Assembly: GCF_016888165.1 (NCBI RefSeq)
Contig: NZ_JACSWC010000299.1
Location: 46,193-110,192 of the forward strand
Reading direction: 5' to 3'
Length of the DNA stretch: 64,000 bases
From: Halomicronema sp. CCY15110
GTDB lineage: Bacteria > Cyanobacteriota > Cyanobacteriia > Phormidesmidales > Phormidesmidaceae
The first letter of the stretch is position 1, and each line of letters starts with the position of its first letter. Shown one piece after another: positions 58,135 to 64,000 of this stretch. Below the pieces are notes generated by a model. It searched no databases. It saw nothing but the letters and a program-made list of their open reading frames with translations, and had not been told where the DNA came from. The position numbers were made by a program, and so were the translations under genes.

Positions 58135-59397
58135 TTAAATAAGAGTATCTAACAGGGCAATCAGGCGATCGCATTCTTCTAGGGTGTTGTAATGCACCAT
58201 GCTCACCCGCACCACCCCATTTTGGGACATGAGGCCGAGATCTTCAATCAGCCGGAGAGCGTAGAAGTGGCCGTAGCGAATGCCAATCTGGTGAGGATCA
58301 ATACGAGGCGGCAACATATCGCTGGACATCCCCTCTACGACGAAGGAAATCGTGGGAACTCGCTGGTCAGCATCAGCTTCAGGACAGCCGATAACACGAA
58401 CCTTGGGCTTACTGCGAAGAAAGGTGAGGAGGCGATCGCTCAAAGCTTGCTCATGCCGCTGAATCAGGTCAAAAGCCTGCTTGATTTGGGCTGAGGGTGG
58501 CTGGGCTGCCACCGTCGGCTCATGGTGCTGGGCCAACGCCTGAAAATAGTCGGGAATTGCCGTGAGACTGTAACTCAACTCATAACTTGTGCCCCCTGGC
58601 TGAAACTTGTAAGGAATGGCCGTTGGTTCGATAAAAAAGTGGTTGTAACTTGGCAACGTCAGTAAATGTTCGCGTTTGCCGTACAGCATGGCTAAGTGAG
58701 GGCCATACACCTTGTACAAACTAAAGGCGTAAAAATCTACGTCCAGGGCTTGTACATCCACTTGGCGATGGGGCGCGTAGGCGACACCATCGACGCAAAT
58801 TAATGCCCCGTGGGCATGAACGCAATCGGCGATCGCCCGAATCGGGTTAATCGTGCCCAACACGTTAGAGGTGTGAGTCACGGCCACTAGCCGCGTCCGG
58901 GACGTCAGCAACGCGGTCAAATCTGCCAATCGCAATTCAAGGGAAGCCGTATCGACCTGCCAAATTTTGACAATGACGCCCTGCTGCTGCAGTTCCATCC
59001 ACGGGGTTATGTTGGCCTCGTGGTCACTGTTGGTCACGATGATTTCATCGCCCGGTTGCAGCGTCTGCCCCCAGCAGTAGGCCAACATGCGGAACAAGGC
59101 TGAGGTGCTAGGGCCAAGAACGACCGTGTCGGGGTCGGGGGCATGAATGAGTTGAGCGATCGCGGCCGTGCCCTGAGCCACCCGGTCAGAAGCGACTTGG
59201 GACACCTCGTAAGATGCCCCGAGCTGCACGTTTGAGTCGTATAGGAACTTGGTAATCCGCTCCACCACCGGACGCAAAATCTGTGACCCACCAGCATTAT
59301 CAAAAAATGTCCAGCCTTGATCAAGAGCCGGAAAGTGAGACCGCACAAAATCAAGATCTAGGGGCTTTGGGGCCGTGAGAAAAGGATGAGGCATCAA
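58135..59397 (-). CDS. Aminotransferase class V (PLP-dependent, cysteine desulfurase/kynureninase-like)
   Basis: 420 aa class-V fold. Lys-containing SLYKVYGP region. Confidence 0.75.
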   Translation of the reverse strand: MMPHPFLTAPKPLDLDFVRSHFPALDQGWTFFDNAGGSQILRPVVERITKFLYDSNVQLGASYEVSQVASDRVAQGTAAIAQLIHAPDPDTVVLGPSTSALFRMLAYCWGQTLQPGDEIIVTNSDHEANITPWMELQQQGVIVKIWQVDTASLELRLADLTALLTSRTRLVAVTHTSNVLGTINPIRAIADCVHAHGALICVDGVAYAPHRQVDVQALDVDFYAFSLYKVYGPHLAMLYGKREHLLTLPSYNHFFIEPTAIPYKFQPGGTSYELSYSLTAIPDYFQALAQHHEPTVAAQPPSAQIKQAFDLIQRHEQALSDRLLTFLRSKPKVRVIGCPEADADQRVPTISFVVEGMSSDMLPPRIDPHQIGIRYGHFYALRLIEDLGLMSQNGVVRVSMVHYNTLEECDRLIALLDTLI

Positions 59398-59860
59398 GCT
59401 TGCAGACTATATCGTCAGCCTTCAATAGAAAAACAGGGTTTCAGAAAAACAGCATTTCACGGCGGATCCGCGATCGGTAGAATCGCCAGTGACTGAGGCC
59501 ATTTTACCGATGTCTTTTGAATTAAAGGTATCGCCACTACCTGGAGATTGAGATCGGCTCCCCCCGGCTCTTACAACCCTTTTACATTCCTTAACAATAC
59601 CTAACAGACACCCATAAAGTAGCGATGCAGCGCTCTTGACATCATCATGATGCTCAAAGGGTTTCGGTCCCAGAAAATCCAGACACTGAGCTAAGGCTGC
59701 TCTTGCTAGGAGCTTTAAGATGCCTAGTCAACAGCCACCCCTGTAGTGGGTCGGTTAGTCGTATCGTTTGAGCGAAGCCGCTTGAGTAAATTGGAGTCCT
59801 CCCCAACAGGTTCTTGCGTTTTTTATGCAGTTTCGCTGGCTTCGTACCCAGGCTAACCGT

Positions 59861-61234
59861 TCAAAGTTGACGCTGCATCAGCTCACTTCGAGCACTCGAT
59901 AACTCATCAGGTGGGGCAGCGGTCGGCCTAAATAACTGACTGAACTCAAGAGACACCGATGTAAATGCGATCGTCATCATAATGGTCTGAAAGCTATTTT
60001 GATTAGCCAATGAGCTCTCACTCATATTAATCATCAGGGTGTAAAAAATAAATGCGATCGGCCAAACATGGGGCCACGAAAAATCATTTTTGAGAATAGC
60101 CAGACCCTTGACAAAATATATCCACATCGCCAGCATAAGCAGGGCCAAACCAACAATCCCAATTTCTATAGCGAGATCCAGATAGCCATTGTGTGCATTG
60201 GGTAAATCCCATCTGACAGCGTTTCGCACATAAAATGACTCGCCATAAATTCCGTGCCAAAATCCGTCAAACCCATAGCCAAACCACAACCTTTCTTGAA
60301 TCTTTTCCAACATGACATCCCAGATGTCAGTACGGCCGGTCAACGTAGGATCCTTTCCTAACCAGCTGAGAACTGTGTTTGTAATCGTTTCTTGCCAGGT
60401 AACGATAAAGAAATAAAGACTCGCCAAAGCCATCAAAGACCAAGCAAACAACTGTCCCCGCAGCCGTAAGACCTGAATAGCATGCACGAGAAAAATAAGG
60501 AGCGATGTATATACCAGAGACGATGAAGACCTAGAGCCCACAACCATCATGAAGCTCGCAGCAAATCCTAAGTAAGCCAGCTTTTTATTAACGCAAAATC
60601 TCGTTTTTGAGTAAATGAGAAAGGTAAAGGTGCTCATGGTCATGACTGGCCCGAAAATATTCTTATGGCTGTAAATCCCTCTAAATGCCCCAGCGTGTTT
60701 ACCAAAATCAATTCCATATCCTGGAATGAGCATGAACAGGAAACTGGTCACCAGCACAACACTGAAAAACGTAATCAGCAGATTGAACTGCTCCTTTAAG
60801 CTGTAACGGCAGACAATATAGGAGCCAAACATAACCGTCCCCCCCATGCCAATCGCTGCCTTCATTGTCTCATCTGGTTTCTCAGACCAAATAACAGACA
60901 AGCCAATAAACATCAGAAATACCCAGTAAAGATAGTTGTTAGAGATAATTGCTAGCAACCGATCTTTAATCACGTTCCACTTTAAGACGAATAAACAAGT
61001 AGTAATGAGGTAGTTTAGCAACCATAGTAGAGTCAGGAAGCTGTAATCATGGTTTCCTCCTCCACCATCACCTTCTGAAGCACCACCAGTCATTATGAGA
61101 GTTACAATCCCTCTAGAAAATAGGATTAGATAGGCAAGGATCAACCACTTTTCAAGTTTGGCAAATAAATCAGTCTTTGCAAAATTGAAGGCCGGCCTTG
61201 TGACGTCTTGAACGAATGTAATTGCAGGAATCAT
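59861..61234 (-). CDS. O-antigen ligase/Wzy-like polysaccharide polymerase family membrane protein
   Basis: More than 10 TM helices. Wzy_C-type motif AHNGYLDLAIEIGIVGLALLMLAMWIYF. Low-GC gene. Confidence 0.7.
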   Translation of the reverse strand: MIPAITFVQDVTRPAFNFAKTDLFAKLEKWLILAYLILFSRGIVTLIMTGGASEGDGGGGNHDYSFLTLLWLLNYLITTCLFVLKWNVIKDRLLAIISNNYLYWVFLMFIGLSVIWSEKPDETMKAAIGMGGTVMFGSYIVCRYSLKEQFNLLITFFSVVLVTSFLFMLIPGYGIDFGKHAGAFRGIYSHKNIFGPVMTMSTFTFLIYSKTRFCVNKKLAYLGFAASFMMVVGSRSSSSLVYTSLLIFLVHAIQVLRLRGQLFAWSLMALASLYFFIVTWQETITNTVLSWLGKDPTLTGRTDIWDVMLEKIQERLWFGYGFDGFWHGIYGESFYVRNAVRWDLPNAHNGYLDLAIEIGIVGLALLMLAMWIYFVKGLAILKNDFSWPHVWPIAFIFYTLMINMSESSLANQNSFQTIMMTIAFTSVSLEFSQLFRPTAAPPDELSSARSELMQRQL

Positions 61235-61571
61235 TTTTGAATATTAGGATGCTAAAAAATAGCAGGAATATGAGCTTTGTCTTGAACTTCTAAAGGTGCT
61301 ATGAACTGAATATTGCGGATGCAGCTAGTGGATTTGCGAACCAATAGTCGAACGATCTAGAGGAGATTCCTCAGTTGGGATTAAGCTTTGGAGACAGCAT
61401 GGGACAATCAAATTCACTAACCAATCGCCCCATCATCGACTTAACTGACGATGAAAGCTTGAAGAGCTCAGGATGACATCGCAAGTCATTCTTGCCACTA
61501 ATTAAAGGGGTTTTAGTTGCCTATAGTCTGCCCTCGACACATCGTAGAAACCTGATTTCTTACCACTGATT

Positions 61572-62981
61572 CTAATGTTGAGTTTTGGCTAACTCTCGCT
61601 GTTTAGTGGTCTTGACCAAGGGGGAAGATAACACTTGAGTGCCAATAACAATACCTAAGGCCACAACCGCCCCCGCAAATACACCAACAGCGAGATACTT
61701 TTTGGTAGCACCGCCATCAGACGTCAATGGCGGACTTGCAGGTTCAATTACTGTGGTGTTGTAAGTGGCTTCGTTCTCTTGGACTTCTAGCTCTTGGACT
61801 CGCGTTAATAGGGCACTGTAGGTATCTTCGGCGACTGTGACGCGGCGCTCTAGGGCACGTTTTTGAGCACTCAGGGAAGGAATGCTGGATAGCCGCTGCT
61901 GATAGGTTGCTTGGGCGTTGCGCAAGGTCGTTAACTGCTGTTGCAAGCCAATGTAAGAAACCTCTGTATTCACAAAGTCTTGAATTAACACCTGCGCAAT
62001 ATCGTCGCCTGCGGCTCCTGCCCCTTGAATTCTGCTTAGAGAGATTCCTGAACCACCGCCTGCTAATGCAATTTGTTCTTGTAAGAACGCTTCTAATGAA
62101 TCCTTCCGAGACTGTAGCTGCCTCATGACTGGGCTACTGGGCTTGAACTGGGAGCCCTCGGCGGCCATTTCTCTTTCAACTTCTTGTAAATCCAGAAGCG
62201 CTTCTTGAACACCCGGATTCTGACGAATTGTGCCCACCAAAAACGCTTGGTCAGCGGTTAGGCCAATTTTACTTTGGAGAGCGTTGGCTTGGGCACGGGT
62301 GCCTTCCAAGGTTGATTGAACAGCGGCGGCCTCTCCGGCCAACCGCTCAACCTGATTAACCAGGGAAGTCGCTTCTTCCTCAAGAACGCCAATATTATTC
62401 TGCTCTAAAAAGTCGCGTAGCTCAGTTTCAGCTTGTTGAACAGCGAGCTCTGATTGCGGCAGCTGAGCCAGCAAAAACTCCTTCGCTTCGCTAGCCTCGG
62501 CGCGGTTTTGGGTAATTGAGTATTCTCGGTATCGATCAATAATCGTATTAACTACAGCGGCGGCTGTGTCGGGGTCGGCGCTGACGTAGTTAAGCTGGAG
62601 AACGTCGGTACCACTAACAATCCCGACTTCTAAGCTGCCACGTAGGGCATCGGGAGCAAGCAAGTCGCCATCTTCGCCCTGCAGCCCCAAAATTTCGATG
62701 GTTTCTTGCAGGACTGGCCGCGACTGAATAATCTCCATCTGTGTGGTCAACGGAGTTTGATCATTCAGCAAAGACTCCAGCCGATCGCCGCCGGCACCGG
62801 CAAAGTCGTTTAACACCGAAGCGTTGTTCTGTTTGGTAAACAGCAATTTGGCATCGGCGGTATAGGTTGGTTCAACCCTGGTCGAGGCAAAGACTGACAG
62901 AGCCACACAGGCCGTAAATGCACCGATCGCTAACAGCCCAGATTCACGAATAGAACGATTCATTTGTCTAATCTGCTGCAT
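61572..62981 (-). CDS. Polysaccharide chain-length determinant (Wzz/GumC/PCP family) protein
   Basis: N-terminal TM helix, long coiled-coil periplasmic region, C-terminal TM helix (YLAVGVFAGAVVALGIVIG). No kinase domain. Confidence 0.7.
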   Translation of the reverse strand: MQQIRQMNRSIRESGLLAIGAFTACVALSVFASTRVEPTYTADAKLLFTKQNNASVLNDFAGAGGDRLESLLNDQTPLTTQMEIIQSRPVLQETIEILGLQGEDGDLLAPDALRGSLEVGIVSGTDVLQLNYVSADPDTAAAVVNTIIDRYREYSITQNRAEASEAKEFLLAQLPQSELAVQQAETELRDFLEQNNIGVLEEEATSLVNQVERLAGEAAAVQSTLEGTRAQANALQSKIGLTADQAFLVGTIRQNPGVQEALLDLQEVEREMAAEGSQFKPSSPVMRQLQSRKDSLEAFLQEQIALAGGGSGISLSRIQGAGAAGDDIAQVLIQDFVNTEVSYIGLQQQLTTLRNAQATYQQRLSSIPSLSAQKRALERRVTVAEDTYSALLTRVQELEVQENEATYNTTVIEPASPPLTSDGGATKKYLAVGVFAGAVVALGIVIGTQVLSSPLVKTTKQRELAKTQH

Positions 62982-63576
62982 GTCTAGACCTCTTGACTCT
63001 TAAACAATTGCATAGTTCAGCCTGTGACCGCTTAAACCCTTGAGGCATCCAGTAAAACCCATGAAAATTGGTCTTGGCCACCCGATCGCTCGGCAGTACT
63101 AGGCAGTAGATGAATCTTAACCATCATTTTGGGGTGACTCAAGACTTTCAATTTCTCTTATCGAATCATGTTAACCGCTTGCTTATGTCTGGAGGGAATG
63201 CCTATCGTGACACTGAGAGTGACTGCCAGGGAGTTCGCTTTTTTGGGTCAACTTGCCAGTGCTAGAAGCAGCCTAGGCTGAGGCCAGTCATCCGCGATCG
63301 CTCGCAGACATATCCGTGAAATTCAGGAATAAACTGCCCATTAAGATTGATTTCACAGTGTAATCCTAGAAATAAAAGGTGAATTGCCGAACCCCAGATC
63401 GACTCTATTCTCGGACACTTCACACTTGAGAAGCGAAGTTAAAGCTTATGTAAAGTCCAGGTGCCGCTGACTCCGTAATAATAAGGACGAAATTGGTGGG
63501 GCGGCGCGCTCCTAAATGGCCAAGCTGGTTGAGGGAGCTTGGTGAGTACGTTGATCTACGGTGGAGAGGGTGCCTT

Positions 63577-63900
63577 TTAGTAAGCGCGGCGGCGATCGCC
63601 AAACTGCTGTTGGTAAGCCACATAAATCGCTTCTAAAAACTGCTCGGCGGGCATTTCAGCTTGGGGCAGTTCTGAGAGTTCGATCATGGCTTGCAGCTGT
63701 TGCGCCAACTGGACACTCAGCTGTTTGCGGGCGGCGGTGGTCATGACCTGGCGGCGTAATAGATAGGCGCGCAGGGTGGCAAAGTCATCGGGCAAGAGGT
63801 TGCCAATCTGGGCCTGCTCCATCAAATCAGCGGCCAAGGTTTGGGCGGCCGGTGAAATCTTGACCTGGGCCTCACCGACTACTGTTTCTGACTGCACCAC
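63577..63900 (-). CDS. Hypothetical protein
   Basis: ORF only. Confidence 0.3.
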   Translation of the reverse strand: MVQSETVVGEAQVKISPAAQTLAADLMEQAQIGNLLPDDFATLRAYLLRRQVMTTAARKQLSVQLAQQLQAMIELSELPQAEMPAEQFLEAIYVAYQQQFGDRRRAY

Positions 63901-64000
63901 CAGAGTGCCGGCCAGCCAATCGCCGAGGCGTTTTTCTTGATGGCTAAAGATGATGCAGAAAAAGCCGAGGAAGAGAATGTCATCGACGGGGCGTAAGAGG

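Noticed and set aside
1-64000. Searched for CRISPR arrays and IS/transposase genes
   Set aside because: No regularly spaced direct repeats with unique spacers were found. No ORF has transposase/integrase motifs. The only mobile-looking features are the TA insertion with duplicated moeB end and the repeat-flanked four-helix-bundle gene.

Overview
This window is a high-GC cyanobacterial chromosomal segment. The HIP1 octamer GCGATCGC recurs dozens of times, inside and between genes. Housekeeping content is mostly clear. It includes a complete phycocyanin operon (cpcB, cpcA, cpcC, cpcC2, cpcD, cpcE, cpcF at 11.1-16.3 kb), carB, RNase P RNA (rnpB, minus strand), tRNA-Glu(UUC) and moeB. It also carries a Ni-dependent guanidine hydrolase cluster: a guanidine-I (ykkC) riboswitch with terminator, gdmH, hypA-like, a GS-like insert, hypB-like, and a NitT/TauT ABC transporter. 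Between these sit several candidate conflict or signalling loci that I could not match to a described system. (1) At the left edge, a TIR-like P-loop NTPase is followed on the same strand by a long glycine-zipper-repeat membrane protein, and this membrane ORF is missing from the track because it runs off the window. (2) A two-gene operon pairs a TIR-domain protein with a STAND-type NTPase fused to transmembrane helices and an SPFH/band-7 domain; the fused gene changes base composition sharply at the fusion point. (3) A SLOG/LOG-like Rossmann protein sits immediately upstream of a wHTH-TIR-WD40 protein. (4) A MazF/PemK toxin-antitoxin cassette is inserted at the 3' end of moeB, flanked by an approx 88 bp duplicated and decayed copy of the moeB terminus, with a low-GC gene next to it. 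A four-helix-bundle gene is inserted antisense inside the guanidine ABC operon, between inverted arrays of a dispersed octamer repeat (TGGGTAGC-like) that recurs in several intergenic spacers. I found no CRISPR array and no recognisable transposase.
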